A DNA stretch of 64,000 bases from Rhodanobacteraceae bacterium (lineage in GTDB: Bacteria > Pseudomonadota > Gammaproteobacteria > Xanthomonadales > SZUA-5), in contig JADKFD010000003.1 in the NCBI GenBank assembly GCA_016717705.1, positions 73,892 through 137,891 on the forward strand, given 5' to 3'. How positions within the stretch are numbered: the stretch's first letter is position 1; each line of letters begins with the position of its first letter. The notes under the pieces were generated by a model, which worked only from the letters and a program-made list of their open reading frames with translations, had not been told where the DNA came from and ran no database searches. Position numbers and translations under genes: made by a program. Positions 1 to 9,812 of this stretch are shown piece after piece.

Positions 1-228
1 GCGCCGACCTTGCTTGGCAAACTGACCACGCTGGCGATGCTGCTGCTGGTGGTCACCCTTCTGTGGCACAACATCAGCGGCGACGTGGTGGTCTGGTTGG
101 TCGACGGATTGATCTATGTTTGTACCGCCCTGCTGCTCGCCAGCGGGATCGATTACGTGCGCCGCTGGAGCGGCAAGGCGCGCCGCATTGCCAGGCATGC
201 GGCAAACCAATCGGAGAGACGCCCATGA
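1..228 (+). CDS. 3' fragment of a CDP-alcohol phosphatidyltransferase-like membrane protein (gene starts upstream of the window)
   Basis: Frame 1 is open from base 1 to the stop at 226-228. The hydrophobic C-terminal helices (LTTLAMLLLVVTLLW, LIYVCTALLLASGIDYV) resemble PgsA-type C-termini. The family call is tentative. Confidence 0.4.
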   Translation, partial: APTLLGKLTTLAMLLLVVTLLWHNISGDVVVWLVDGLIYVCTALLLASGIDYVRRWSGKARRIARHAANQSERRP

Positions 229-1457
229 GTGCGACCCATCGTTGGCAACTGCTGGCCATCCTCATCGGCATCGGCGTCCTGCTGTATCTGCTCGGGCCGG
301 TGCTGACGCCATTTGCGATGGCGGCACTGCTCGCTTATCTCGGCGACCCGCTGGTCGATCGCCTGCAGACGCGCGGCCTGAGCCGCAGCGCATCGGTGTC
401 GATCGTGTTTGCGGCGATGACTTTGGCGCTGCTGCTGCTGCCGTTGATCCTGATTCCACTGCTGGAAACGCAGATCACCACCTTGGTCGAGAAATTGCCG
501 CAGTACCTGGGCTGGATTCGCGAACGCCTGATGCCACTTTTGGTCGAACGCCTCGGCGTCGACCCGGCGCTGCTCGGCACCGACCAGATCGTCGACATGC
601 TGAAAGCGCACTGGCAACAGGCCGGCGGCATCGCCACCACGGTGATCAAGTCGGTGTCGCAGTCGGGTCTCGCCATCATCGGCTGGATCATGAATCTGCT
701 GCTGATTCCAGTTGTCACCTTCTATTTCCTGCGCGACTGGGACCAGATGATCCTGCGTGTACGCGAACTGCTGCCGCGCAACGTGGAGGCCCGTGTGGCC
801 GAACTTGCACGGCAGTCCGATGAGGTGCTGAGCGCCTTCCTGCGCGGCCAGATCGCGGTGATGCTGGCGCTGGGGCTGATCTATTCGATCGGCCTGTGGC
901 TGGCCGGCCTGAAGCTGGCATTCCTGATCGGCATGGGTGCCGGCCTGCTCAGTTTCGTGCCCTACCTCGGCGGCATCCTCGGTGTCGGCGGCGCCGTGAT
1001 CGCGGCGCTCGTCGAGCATCATGACGTGATCCACGTGGTCTACGTCCTGATCGTCTTTGGCATTGGCCAAACACTGGAAGGCTTCGTGCTGACGCCGTGG
1101 CTGGTCGGCGATCGCATTGGACTGCATCCGGTAGCCGTGATCTTCGCCATCCTCGCCGGTGGCCAACTGTTCGGTTTCATCGGCGTTTTGCTGGCGCTAC
1201 CGGTCACCGCGGTGCTGATGGTCATCCTGCGCCATGTGCATGAGCGCTATGTGCAGAGCGATTTGTATCGGGAGGGAGCGACCAAACAGCCGGGACTCGG
1301 GACCCGGGACCCGGGACCCGGTCCGAGCCCGCAAGAGACCAGTGACACGCCAAGCCCAAGCGTCCAGACGCTCGGCATGCCCGCGGATTCAGGAGCGGCG
1401 GGTCCCGGGTCCCGGGTCCCGGGTCCCGGCGACGGCACGCCGGCAGACACCCAATGA
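225..1457 (+). CDS. AI-2E family transporter (PerM/YdiK-like permease) with an unusual ~50-aa Gly/Pro-rich C-terminal tail
   Basis: Internal ATG at 225 (MSATHRWQLLAILIGIGVLLYLLGP...) starts a polytopic membrane protein typical of AI-2E transporters. The stop overlaps the hda start (ATGA at 1454-1457). The tail is encoded by the GGGACCC/GGGTCCC arrays. Confidence 0.8.
   Translation: MSATHRWQLLAILIGIGVLLYLLGPVLTPFAMAALLAYLGDPLVDRLQTRGLSRSASVSIVFAAMTLALLLLPLILIPLLETQITTLVEKLPQYLGWIRERLMPLLVERLGVDPALLGTDQIVDMLKAHWQQAGGIATTVIKSVSQSGLAIIGWIMNLLLIPVVTFYFLRDWDQMILRVRELLPRNVEARVAELARQSDEVLSAFLRGQIAVMLALGLIYSIGLWLAGLKLAFLIGMGAGLLSFVPYLGGILGVGGAVIAALVEHHDVIHVVYVLIVFGIGQTLEGFVLTPWLVGDRIGLHPVAVIFAILAGGQLFGFIGVLLALPVTAVLMVILRHVHERYVQSDLYREGATKQPGLGTRDPGPGPSPQETSDTPSPSVQTLGMPADSGAAGPGSRVPGPGDGTPADTQ
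1290..1429. repeat. Inverted pair of heptamer arrays: (CGGGACC)n at 1290-1323 and (CGGGTCC)n at 1399-1429, inside the perM-like 3' coding end
   Basis: Read directly: ccgggactcgggacccgggacccgggacccggtcc ... cgggtcccgggtcccgggtcccgggtcccgg, about 75 nt apart. The arms are reverse complements. Confidence 0.8.
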
Positions 1458-2122
1458 ACCAGCTCCCCCTCGCCCTGAGCGGGCTGGGTCCGCCGGGTTT
1501 CGAGCAGTTCTGGGCTGGCAACAACGAGCTGGCGCTGGCGCGCCTGCGCGCACTGGCGCAGCGACCGGGCGCGGATCAGGTGCTGCTTGGCGGCGCCGAG
1601 GGCAGCGGCAAGACGCATCTGCTGCTCGCCACCTGTGACGCGGCGCGCCAGGCGGGATGCAGCGTCGCCTATCTGCCCTTGTCCCGGCTGGAGCCCGAAT
1701 CGCTCACCGAACCGGTCGATGCCGACCTGATCGCTGTCGATGATGTCGACCTTGCCCTGGCCGGGCGCGGATTGGCACAGTGGCTGTTCACCCAGATCAA
1801 TCGACAGCACGACCGCGGCCACGCACTGCTGCTGGCCGCGCGCGGTCAGGTCTCCGACGCCGTCCTGCCGGATCTGGGATCACGCCTGGCGCAGGCGCAG
1901 GCGTTGTACCTGAATTCGCCGGACGATGCCGCGCGCAGAGCCATCCTGTTGCACCGCGCCAGCTGCGCCGGGATTCCGCTGGAGCCCGCCGCAGCCGACT
2001 ACCTGATGCGGCACGCGCATCGCGACTTGCGCTCGCTGCTGGCGCGACTGGCCGAACTCGATCGCGAAGCACTCGCGCGCGGCAGGCGCATTACGGTGCC
2101 GCTGTTGCGTGAGCTGGGCTGA
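1454..2122 (+). CDS. hda: DnaA regulatory inactivator Hda
   Basis: 222 aa with a Walker A-like GAEGSGKTHLL and overall Hda/DnaA-domain III likeness. It sits beside an AI-2E permease, a pairing I recall from many gammaproteobacteria. Confidence 0.85.
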   Translation: MNQLPLALSGLGPPGFEQFWAGNNELALARLRALAQRPGADQVLLGGAEGSGKTHLLLATCDAARQAGCSVAYLPLSRLEPESLTEPVDADLIAVDDVDLALAGRGLAQWLFTQINRQHDRGHALLLAARGQVSDAVLPDLGSRLAQAQALYLNSPDDAARRAILLHRASCAGIPLEPAAADYLMRHAHRDLRSLLARLAELDREALARGRRITVPLLRELG

Positions 2123-2947
2123 GGGTGATCGGCGGCGCATAGATGCGCCCGGCTGGGCGTGGACGGAAGCACGGCGCCGTGGCGATGAACTCGGGATCAT
2201 GGTTGCGCGTATCCCAGGCCGGAACCGCCGCCAGCGGCAGCGTCGACTGGTCCTTGGGATCGGCCGCCGCCTGTCCCGAGGCAATCGCCAGCGCAACGCG
2301 CCGATCCAGCATGGCCAGCCGTCGGCTGGCATCCAGCCGATGCCAGCCGGCATCGCAAAGATGAACTGCGATCACCTTGCTGGCCTGCAGATCATGCGGG
2401 CGACAATGGCGCAACTCGAACAGCGCGTGGCCGATCACGTAGACCTGCGCGCGTTCCCAGCGCGCGCGCCGCTCGGTCAGCAGACCGAGCCAATCGTGCG
2501 CCTGCAAGGCCTCGATCAGCGCGCCATCAGCGCTGACCAGCACCGTCCCGGCCTCGTCGATATGGGTCAGCGCCTGCTGGCGCCGGGTGCGCTGCTTGGG
2601 GCCGACCGCGCGGATACCGTCCAGCTGGGCTTGATGAATCGCCCACTTGGTGCACGGCCATTGCAGCCACATCAGCGCACCGTAGAGATCGTGCAGCGAG
2701 TCGCGGCGCATCGCGATCTGGCGCCGCTCGCCGATGCGCTGCTCGTAGCTCAGACCGTCGTCGAGCAGACGCCCGTCCTGCTCGACAAAACGCAATCGCC
2801 CGGCATCGCCGTCTGTGCGCGCCGATTGAACTCCGCGAGGGCTGCGTCCCAGGGCAGTTCGAACAGTCCGGCGAATTCGGCAAGTTGCGCGAACAGCGGA
2901 TCTGAAGCCGGGAATCGCGGACTGGTCGGCGTTGGGCTGGAATCCAT
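2091..2947 (-). pseudogene. DUF3025-family protein, split by a frameshift near 2797-2806
   Basis: ORF 2750-2947 (N-terminus, ...ELPWDAALAEFNRRAQTAMPGD) and ORF 2091-2795 (LRFVEQDGRLLDDGLSYEQRI...HDLYGALMWLQWP...IGHALFEL) read as one protein if one base is added near ccgggcga. Confidence 0.65.
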
Positions 2948-2971
2948 GTTCAGGCAGCGAGGCAGGACGTC

Positions 2972-3033
2972 GTGAGCGCAGCGAACCGCATCGATGGCCG
3001 CCTTTCTCGATCGATGCGGTTCGCTGCGCTCAC
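2972..3033. repeat. REP-type hairpin: perfect 24-bp inverted repeat gtgagcgcagcgaaccgcatcgat / atcgatgcggttcgctgcgctcac
   Basis: The arms at 2972-2995 and 3010-3033 are exact reverse complements with a 14-nt loop. The hairpin lies just downstream of the rimO stop. Single arms recur at 36809, 55287 and 58161. Confidence 0.8.
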
Positions 3034-3040
3034 CGGCACC

Positions 3041-4426
3041 CTACGCCAGCACACCGTGCAGATCGTGCTCGTCGGCGTCGAGGATCCTGACGTCGACGAA
3101 TTGGCCGACCTGCAAGACCCCGTCGCCACGTGCGATTTCGGCTTTGCGCGCCGTCGACGCTGGTGCCGACTTGCTGGCCTTGCTGCGCCGCCCGAGCTTG
3201 ATCACGACCGTGCCATCGATCTCCGGCGCATCGGCGCTGCTGCGGCCGATGGCGACGCTCGGGCCGACTTCGTCGAGCAGCACCCGCTGCACGCTGCCGA
3301 TCTTGGCCTGCAGGCGCTGCGCGCTGATCGCGGCCTGTTTCTCCATGAAGCGCTGCAGGCGTTCCTGCTTGAGTTCCTCGGGCACCGGATCGGGCAAGGC
3401 ATTGGCCGCAGCGCCTGCAACCGGCGAATAGGCGAAGGCGCCGACGCGGTCGAGCTGGGCCTCGTCGAGAAAATCCAGCAGTTCCTCGAACTCGGCCTCG
3501 GTCTCTCCGGGAAAGCCGACGATGAAGGTGCTGCGCAGCGTGATGTCCGGGCAGATCTGGCGCCAGGCGCGCACACGCTCGATGTTCTTCTCGCCGCTGG
3601 CCGGGCGCTTCATCAACTTCAGGATGCGCGGATTGCTGTGCTGCATCGGGATGTCCAGATACGGCAGCAGCTTTCCTTCCGCCATCAACGGCACCACCTT
3701 GTCGACATGCGGATAGGGGTAGACGTAATGCATGCGCACCCAGATGCCAAGCTCGCCGAGCGCGCTGGCCAGATCGAGAAAGCGCGTCTGCCGCTTGTTC
3801 CCGCGCCATTCGCGCTCGGCGTACTTGAGGTCGACGCCGTAGGCGCTGGTGTCCTGCGAGATCACCAGCAGTTCCTTGACGCCGCTCCGCGCCAGCTTTT
3901 CGGCCTCGATCAATACCTCGTCGATCGGCCGGCTCACCAGGTCACCGCGCATCGACGGGATGATGCAGAAGCTGCAGCGGTGATTGCAGCCTTCGGAAAT
4001 CTTCAGGTAAGCGTAGTGACGCGGCGTCAGCTTCAATCCTGCCGGCGGCACCAGATCCATGAAGGGATCGTGCTGTGGCGGCTTCTGCGTGTGCACCGCG
4101 TTGAGCACCGAAGCGTAGTCCTGCGGCCCCGAGATCGACAGCACGCCGGGAAACTTCTCGCGGATCAATTCCGCGCGCGCGCCCAGGCACCCGGTGACGA
4201 CCACCTTGCCGTTCGCCGCCATCGCCTCGCCAATGGCGTCGAGTGATTCCTCGACCGCCGCATCGATGAAGCCGCAGGTGTTGACCACGACCACATCGGC
4301 CGAATCGTAGCTGGGCACGATGGCATAACCTTCCGCGCGCAACTGCGTCAGGATGCGCTCGGAATCGACCAGGGCCTTGGGGCAGCCTAAGCTGACGAAA
4401 CCGATCTTGGGAACGACAGCAGACAT
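3041..4426 (-). CDS. rimO: Ribosomal protein S12 methylthiotransferase RimO
   Basis: [23 protein letters not shown]..., a radical-SAM CNHRCSFC motif and a TRAM-like C-terminus. ATG (cat) at 4424-4426. Confidence 0.9.
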   Translation of the reverse strand: MSAVVPKIGFVSLGCPKALVDSERILTQLRAEGYAIVPSYDSADVVVVNTCGFIDAAVEESLDAIGEAMAANGKVVVTGCLGARAELIREKFPGVLSISGPQDYASVLNAVHTQKPPQHDPFMDLVPPAGLKLTPRHYAYLKISEGCNHRCSFCIIPSMRGDLVSRPIDEVLIEAEKLARSGVKELLVISQDTSAYGVDLKYAEREWRGNKRQTRFLDLASALGELGIWVRMHYVYPYPHVDKVVPLMAEGKLLPYLDIPMQHSNPRILKLMKRPASGEKNIERVRAWRQICPDITLRSTFIVGFPGETEAEFEELLDFLDEAQLDRVGAFAYSPVAGAAANALPDPVPEELKQERLQRFMEKQAAISAQRLQAKIGSVQRVLLDEVGPSVAIGRSSADAPEIDGTVVIKLGRRSKASKSAPASTARKAEIARGDGVLQVGQFVDVRILDADEHDLHGVLA

Positions 4427-4581
4427 CGGGTGCACCAGAAAAGTGGGGCGTGGAGTATAGCCGCCCGGCGGCACTGACCTGGCGGCGACTTTGGCGTGCG
4501 CCGGCTTGCCGCCGCTCCGGCGGCTCTTGCCGCGCAAGTGGGATCCCAGCCGTCGGCCACGAGGCCAAGCCGGCGCAGCAC

Positions 4582-5311
4582 TCAGAAAGCTGCTGGCCCA
4601 GGGGTACATCGGCGCGCGGCTGACGCCGCGCTCCGCTTCGGTCTGCGCCACCTTGTTGCGCAGGTACATCGGCAACGCCGCGTGCGCCGGCACGCCCAGA
4701 CCCGCGCGCAGCGCGCGCGCGCCGAGGCGGGCAACGGCAGCGGCATGCGGCATCGCACTGTGGCGGAAAGCATCCAGCCGGTAGCCAAAGCGCCGCTCCA
4801 GCGCGGCACGATGCACGCGAAAGCCCGGCCCGAGCGCGCACCAGACATCGTCGCCGGGAAGCGCCAGCGCATCGGGCGCCACCAGTTCCTCATCGCCGAT
4901 CGGCACCACCAATCCGTCCTCGTCGACCGCAAAGTAGCCGGCGTAGACCTCACCCATGCGCGCATCGGCCAGCGCCAGCATCGGCGTTGCCGCGTCGCGA
5001 TCGAAAGCACCCTGGGCCAGCGCCGCCAGCGACGAGATCGGCAGCGCCGGAATGTCCAGGCCATAGGCGATGCCCTGCGCCGCGGCGACCGCCATGCGCA
5101 CACCGGTGAAAGCGCCCGGTCCGCAACCGAAAGCCACCGCGCTGAGGTCGAGCTTGGACACCCGCGCATCCGCCAGCACCTGGTCGATCAGGGCGAGCAG
5201 GTGGTCTCCATGACGCGTTCCACGGTCCTCGATCTGCTCGTGGATCGACCCGCTGGCATACACCGCCACCGACAGGATTTCGGTCGAGCATTCGATCGCG
5301 AGGATGTTCAT
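4582..5311 (-). CDS. tsaB: tRNA threonylcarbamoyladenosine biosynthesis protein TsaB (3' end uncertain)
   Basis: [18 protein letters not shown]...[12 protein letters not shown]... As given, the frame has no stop and runs in frame into rimO (the 756-aa ORF). A -1 shift near 4620-4632 would end it at TGA 4582-4584, giving about 243 aa. Confidence 0.75.
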
Positions 5312-6666
5312 GGCGTGTCAGCGTTCGACTGCTCGGTGGGGGCGGCACTGTACCAGTCGAGACGCCGCGTCAGGTACATCGCCAGGGCCAGCAGCAACGC
5401 CAGGCCGATCGCACCGAGCAGCAGGGACAGTTCCTCGGCACGGATCAACACCAGCAGGAAGCCATATAGCGTCGCCAGCACCGTGGCGCTGAGGGCGCCG
5501 CGCCCCCAGCCGTGCAGCACCGCGGCCGAGTAGCCGCCGACCATCGCCACCACCGCGCCTGCGGCCAGCAGGTAGGCAAGGACGAAGCCGAGGTGCTCGG
5601 ACAGCGCCAGCAACAGCAGGTAGAACACCGCCAGCGCCAGGCCGACGAGGGCGTAGTGGAAGGGATGCAGGCGCACGCCGACCAGCACCTCGGTCAGGAA
5701 CAGCGCCGCCATCGTCAGCGCCAGTACCAGGATGCCGTATTTGGCGCTGCGCTCATTTTGCTGGTAGAGGCCACCGGGCTCGACCAGCGCCACGCCGACC
5801 GCCTGCGCGCCCCAGCCGGCCAGCGCATCGGCGCTGCTGATCACCGCGGGAATGCCGGTCGACAAGTCCATCAGGCGCCAGTCGGCGCTGAAGCCGGCGT
5901 CGCTGACCTCGCGCTGGCGCGGCAAGGCGCCACCGGCGAATCCGGGGTGCGGCCAGTCGCCGCTGATGGCGACCGCGAACTCGGCGGCATTGGGAATCAC
6001 GTCGAGCGCACGTGCGCCGGCCAGTTCCAGCTCGACGGCGAAAGGCAGCGCCTCGGCGGTCGCGGTCGTTGGCGCCAGCACACCGGCCAGTACCGGTCTC
6101 TGGTTCTGCGCGTAGTCGCCGGCCTGCAGATTCCAGCGCTCGGCGGTGGGCTTCAGTTGCAGGGCGACGCCGGCCACATCGAATCGTCGGATCTCGCGCA
6201 GTCCGGTCAGATCGCCCGGCGCAAACAGCAAGCTGAGCTGCTGCAGCGTCCAGGTGTCCGGTTCGTCGAGGTTGGCGGTCACCAGTTGCGGCAGGAAGCT
6301 GCCGTCGATGCGCATCTGCGCGGTGTAGATCGGCAACGCGTGAATGCCGAGCTTGCGTGTTTCCACCTTGAGGGTGGCCTTGACCTCGGCGCTGGCGGCT
6401 GACAACAAGCGCTCGCGACGTTCGCGCACCACCGCGCCATCCTTGTCCAGGCGATCCCGGAAGTACTCGAAGCGCAGCAGCGGCAGCAGCAGTTGCTGCT
6501 CACGACCCCAGCCCGCGGCAATCCGGTCTTCCGCTTCGCGCGCCAGACCGGCGCGCTCCTGCACCAGGTCGTAGATCAGACCCAGCGGGATCAGCAGCAA
6601 CAGCGACAGGACGCCGAGGACGAACAGCTTGAAGGTGGTCGAGGAGGCGAAGGCGATGCGGGACAT
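5308..6666 (-). CDS. creD: Cell envelope integrity inner-membrane protein CreD
   Basis: Internal ATG at 6666 ([38 protein letters not shown]...). The N-terminal anchor plus C-terminal multi-helix region match CreD architecture. The stop overlaps the tsaB start (ATGA). Confidence 0.8.
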   Translation of the reverse strand: MSRIAFASSTTFKLFVLGVLSLLLLIPLGLIYDLVQERAGLAREAEDRIAAGWGREQQLLLPLLRFEYFRDRLDKDGAVVRERRERLLSAASAEVKATLKVETRKLGIHALPIYTAQMRIDGSFLPQLVTANLDEPDTWTLQQLSLLFAPGDLTGLREIRRFDVAGVALQLKPTAERWNLQAGDYAQNQRPVLAGVLAPTTATAEALPFAVELELAGARALDVIPNAAEFAVAISGDWPHPGFAGGALPRQREVSDAGFSADWRLMDLSTGIPAVISSADALAGWGAQAVGVALVEPGGLYQQNERSAKYGILVLALTMAALFLTEVLVGVRLHPFHYALVGLALAVFYLLLLALSEHLGFVLAYLLAAGAVVAMVGGYSAAVLHGWGRGALSATVLATLYGFLLVLIRAEELSLLLGAIGLALLLALAMYLTRRLDWYSAAPTEQSNADTP

Positions 6667-6880
6667 GGGCGCGCTCAGGGCGGGAGTCGAGCACAACATG
6701 CGCCTTTCCTGCATGCCGTGTCTGGCCGCGAACGGTCTGCGAGCGGGCGAATGCGGGCGTGGTGCGGGCGCTGGCCATGCCGGTGACGATCGATGGTTCG
6801 CTGGCCGGCCAGTGAAGATCAGATGAAAGCCGACGACAGCTTTTCGGGTCTTGATCAGCACCCAGGCCCCGAGAACCGCC

Positions 6881-7531
6881 ATGACACCGCTGATCCTCAA
6901 CAGCTACGACGCCATTGTCGAACGCCTTCGCGGCATGGGCGAGTATGTGCCGCGACTGGTCATGCGCGTGGTCATGGGCTGGGAGTTCTTCGAGGCCGGA
7001 CTGGAAAAACTCCGTGGCGAAAACTGGTTCAGCAATATCCAGAGCGACTTCCCGTTCCCCTTCAACATGGTCCCGGCGGACTTCAGCTGGACGCTCTCGA
7101 CCTGGTTCGAACTGCTCGGTGCGATTGCCCTGTGGTTGGGCCTGGCGACACGCTTCTTCGCCTTCTCGCTGCTGTTTCTGACCTTCGTCGCCACCGCCGC
7201 GGTGCACTGGCCGGACATGTGGAGCATGTGGGGCGATCTGCTCAAGGGCTATTCGGTGTCCGACCACGGCCACGGCAATTTCAAGCTGCCGCTGCTGTTT
7301 GCCGTGATGCTGATCCCGCTGGTGTTCAACGGCGCCGGCAAGCTCAGCCTGGACCACCTGGTTCGCGTATTGATCAGCCGACCCGAACCGGCGCCGCGCA
7401 TGGATGGCTATGCCCTGGGTCTGGGCTTTGCGGTTCTCGGACTTCCGTTCCTGATGCTGCTGCCGAGCGTAGGCGCGGCGATGCTGGGCTTTGCTGCCGC
7501 AGCGACCGTGTATGGCTGGCGGCGCGCATAG
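6881..7531 (+). CDS. DoxX family membrane protein
   Basis: Four predicted helices and DoxX-like motifs (RVVMGWEFFEAGLEKL, FELLGAIALWLGLATRF). The start could be 6851 or 6881. Confidence 0.7.
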   Translation: MTPLILNSYDAIVERLRGMGEYVPRLVMRVVMGWEFFEAGLEKLRGENWFSNIQSDFPFPFNMVPADFSWTLSTWFELLGAIALWLGLATRFFAFSLLFLTFVATAAVHWPDMWSMWGDLLKGYSVSDHGHGNFKLPLLFAVMLIPLVFNGAGKLSLDHLVRVLISRPEPAPRMDGYALGLGFAVLGLPFLMLLPSVGAAMLGFAAAATVYGWRRA

Positions 7532-7721
7532 CACGCCAACGGTTGCGGCAAGCACGCGAGTCGCGAGCTCCGACAGCAACAGCTCGTCGCCCCTGTCGGT
7601 CGCTGCAACGAACATGCGTTCGCGCGCGCGAGCGCCTCCTACAATTGCTTGCCTGGACCCACGGCACTGGATGTTCGGCGAGGCACTCGCGCGCTTTGCT
7701 TTTCGCCGGTCGCGCCTGCGA

Positions 7722-8813
7722 TCAGACGTTGAAGCGGAAGTGCAGCACATCGCCTTCCTGCACGATGTACTCCTTGCCCTCCAGGCGCAGCTTGCCCTCG
7801 GCCTTGGCACCGGCTTCGCCTTTCAGACGGATGTAATCGTCGTAGGCGATGGTTTCGGCGCGGATGAAGCCCTTCTCGAAGTCGGTGTGGATCACACCCG
7901 CGGCCTGCGGCGCGGTGAAGCCGGCCTTGATCGTCCAGGCGTGCACTTCCTTCTCGCCGGCGGTGAAATAGGTGCGCAGGCCAAGCAACTTGTAGCCGGC
8001 ACGGATCACCCGGTTCAGGCCCGGCTCGGTCAGGCCCATGTCGGTCAGGAAAGCCTCGCGGTCGGCTTCGTCCAGTTGTCCCAGCTCTTCCTCGATCGAC
8101 GCGCACACCGGCACCACTTCGGCGCCTTCGGTGGCGGCGCGGGCGCGCACGGCATCCAGGTACGGGTTGTTCTCGAAGCCATCTTCCTTGACGTTGGCCA
8201 CGTACATCACCGGCTTCAGCGTCAGCAGGAACAGATCGCGGATCAGCAATTTCTCTTCGGCGCTCAAATCGACGGTGCGCGCCGGATTGCCCTGGTTGAG
8301 CGCAGCGCTGACCTTGGCCAGCACCGGACGCCGGGCGATGGCGTCCTTGTCGCCGGCCTTGGCGGCGCGCTCGGCGCGATTGAGCGCCTTGTCGACGCTG
8401 TCGAGGTCGGCCAGCGCCAGCTCGGTGTCGATGGTGTCGATGTCGGAGATCGGATCGATCTTGCCGTTGACGTGGACGATGTCCTCGTTCTCGAAGCAGC
8501 GCACCACGTGCGAGATCGCATCGACCTCACGGATATGCGCCAGGAACTGATTGCCCAGGCCCTCGCCCTGCGCGGCGCCCTTGACCAGGCCGGCGATGTC
8601 GACGAACTCGATCGTGGTCGGGATGATCTTCAGCGGCTTGGCGATCTTCGACAGCGCCTCCAGGCGCGGATCGGGCACACCCACCACCCCGACATTCGGG
8701 TCGATGGTGCAGAAGGGATAGTTCGCCGCCGGAATGCCCGCCTTGGTCAGCGCGTTGAAAAGCGTGGACTTGCCGACGTTCGGCAGGCCGACGATGCCGC
8801 ATTTGATGCCCAT
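7722..8813 (-). CDS. ychF: Ribosome-binding ATPase YchF
   Basis: [23 protein letters not shown]... 363 aa, full-length YchF/OLA1 likeness. Confidence 0.95.
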   Translation of the reverse strand: MGIKCGIVGLPNVGKSTLFNALTKAGIPAANYPFCTIDPNVGVVGVPDPRLEALSKIAKPLKIIPTTIEFVDIAGLVKGAAQGEGLGNQFLAHIREVDAISHVVRCFENEDIVHVNGKIDPISDIDTIDTELALADLDSVDKALNRAERAAKAGDKDAIARRPVLAKVSAALNQGNPARTVDLSAEEKLLIRDLFLLTLKPVMYVANVKEDGFENNPYLDAVRARAATEGAEVVPVCASIEEELGQLDEADREAFLTDMGLTEPGLNRVIRAGYKLLGLRTYFTAGEKEVHAWTIKAGFTAPQAAGVIHTDFEKGFIRAETIAYDDYIRLKGEAGAKAEGKLRLEGKEYIVQEGDVLHFRFNV

Positions 8814-8865
8814 TTGGTTCTCCGCCGCGGGTTGCGCGGCTGGTTGAGGATTGAGGTTTCTTGGA

Positions 8866-9100
8866 GCAGTGAATAGTGAGTAGTGAGTGGTGAGTAAAAC
8901 CCGGCGTTGTCGTTGTAGGAGCGACGTGCACGTCGCGACTCAAAAGCAGCGGCAAATGCGCAGAAGCGACGGGTGCGCCGCTCCCACGAATCCGCGCTTT
9001 GCCCGTCGCGACGGACACGTCGCTCCTACAAAGGCGCCGAAGTGCCACGGAAATGCCGGCTTTTACTCACTATTCACTACTCACCACTCACTGCTTCTGA
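8866..9100. mobile_element. MITE-like element with GTGAGTA-heptamer terminal arrays (copy 1), between pth and ychF
   Basis: Left end gcagtgaatagtgagtagtgagtggtgagtaaaacccggcg (8866-8906). Inverted right end gccggcttttactcactattcactactcaccactcactgc (9055-9100). The 148-bp core holds a GTAGGAGCGACG..CGTCGCTCCTAC REP pair. Confidence 0.65.
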
Positions 9101-9672
9101 GGCGTATGCAACAACGTCATCGCCCGCTCCATCGCCCCTTCCCGACACAGCGGGAACACGGCGATGGCCGCATCGATGGCCGAACGAATCGCCTGGTCGT
9201 CGGTTACGCTCGGCCGACCAAGCACCCACGGCGTGACCAGTTCCTTGCGGCCGGGATGGCCGATGCCGATGCGCAAGCGGTAGAACTTGCCGTGGCCGAG
9301 TTGCGCCATGGTGTCGCGCAGACCGTTCTGCCCACCGTGTCCGCCGTCGAACTTCAAGCGCGCCACGCCGGGCGGCAGATCGAGCTCATCGTGCACGATC
9401 AGTGCTTCGGACGGATCGATCTTGTAGTAGTTCAGCACCGCACTGACCGCAATACCGCTCTTGTTCATGTAGGTGGTTGGCTTGACCAGCAGCAATCCGC
9501 CCGGTGCCTTGCCAACCTCCGCGTTGAGCTTCGATTCGTGCAACAGGCGCACGCCGAGCTGTTCCGCCAGCGCATCGGCGAACCAGAACCCGGCATTGTG
9601 CCGTTGCCGCGCATGTTCGGGGCCCGGATTGCCGAGGCCGAAGACCGCGCGGATGGAAGGAGAATTGGACAT
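9088..9672 (-). CDS. pth: Peptidyl-tRNA hydrolase
   Basis: 194 aa, ...FGLGNPGPEHARQRHNAGFWF...GHGGQNGLRD... The TGA stop at 9088-9090 lies in the last heptamer of the element arm. Confidence 0.95.
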   Translation of the reverse strand: MSNSPSIRAVFGLGNPGPEHARQRHNAGFWFADALAEQLGVRLLHESKLNAEVGKAPGGLLLVKPTTYMNKSGIAVSAVLNYYKIDPSEALIVHDELDLPPGVARLKFDGGHGGQNGLRDTMAQLGHGKFYRLRIGIGHPGRKELVTPWVLGRPSVTDDQAIRSAIDAAIAVFPLCREGAMERAMTLLHTPQKQ

Positions 9673-9682
9673 GCGGAAAGGT

Positions 9683-9749
9683 CAAACGTGAAACGTAAAA
9701 CGTCAATTCGCAGCGCGCTTCGATTGACGTTTTACGTTTGACGTTTCAC
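9683..9749. repeat. Hairpin built from GTGAAAC/GTAAAAC heptamers
   Basis: caaacgtgaaacgtaaaacgtcaat (9683-9707) pairs with attgacgttttacgtttgacgtttcac (9723-9749). It lies between the rplY terminator and the pth start. Confidence 0.75.
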
Positions 9750-9751
9750 CG

Positions 9752-9793
9752 CCCCCAAAACAACATCGGCCGACCGTCTCCGGTCGGCCGATG
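9752..9793 (-). terminator. Rho-independent terminator downstream of rplY
   Basis: On the minus strand, a 12-bp perfect stem CATCGGCCGACC/GGTCGGCCGATG with a 6-nt loop is followed by GTTGTTTTGG. It starts about 20 nt after the rplY stop. Confidence 0.7.
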
Positions 9794-9812
9794 CGCAACG
9801 CGACGATCGAGC

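Noticed and set aside
2972-4246. Long plus-strand ORF (424 aa) opposite rimO. Similar long antisense ORFs were seen at 5512-6402, 7491-8876, 15159-16499, 18257-19435, 36931-38724, 42358-43653, 44618-46189, 47316-49091, 49042-50646, 51079-52488, 55696-57129, 59575-61056 and 61818-63452.
   Set aside because: These are shadow ORFs, typical of high-GC DNA. They lie antisense to genes with strong family signatures. Their translations are Arg/Ala/Gly/His/Gln-rich with no recognisable motifs, and they lack plausible starts or RBS.
3041-5311. 756-aa ORF as a genuine TsaB-RimO fusion protein.
   Set aside because: The linker is a normal-looking intergenic spacer with a -10-like hexamer, and rimO has its own start. 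A one-base indel restores a normal TsaB stop, and the window shows many such indels.
8866-8906. GTGAGT motifs as intron 5' splice sites or group II intron boundaries.
   Set aside because: There is no intron-encoded protein, no domain V/VI-like structure and no matching 3' boundary. The motif is simply the repeating unit of the array.
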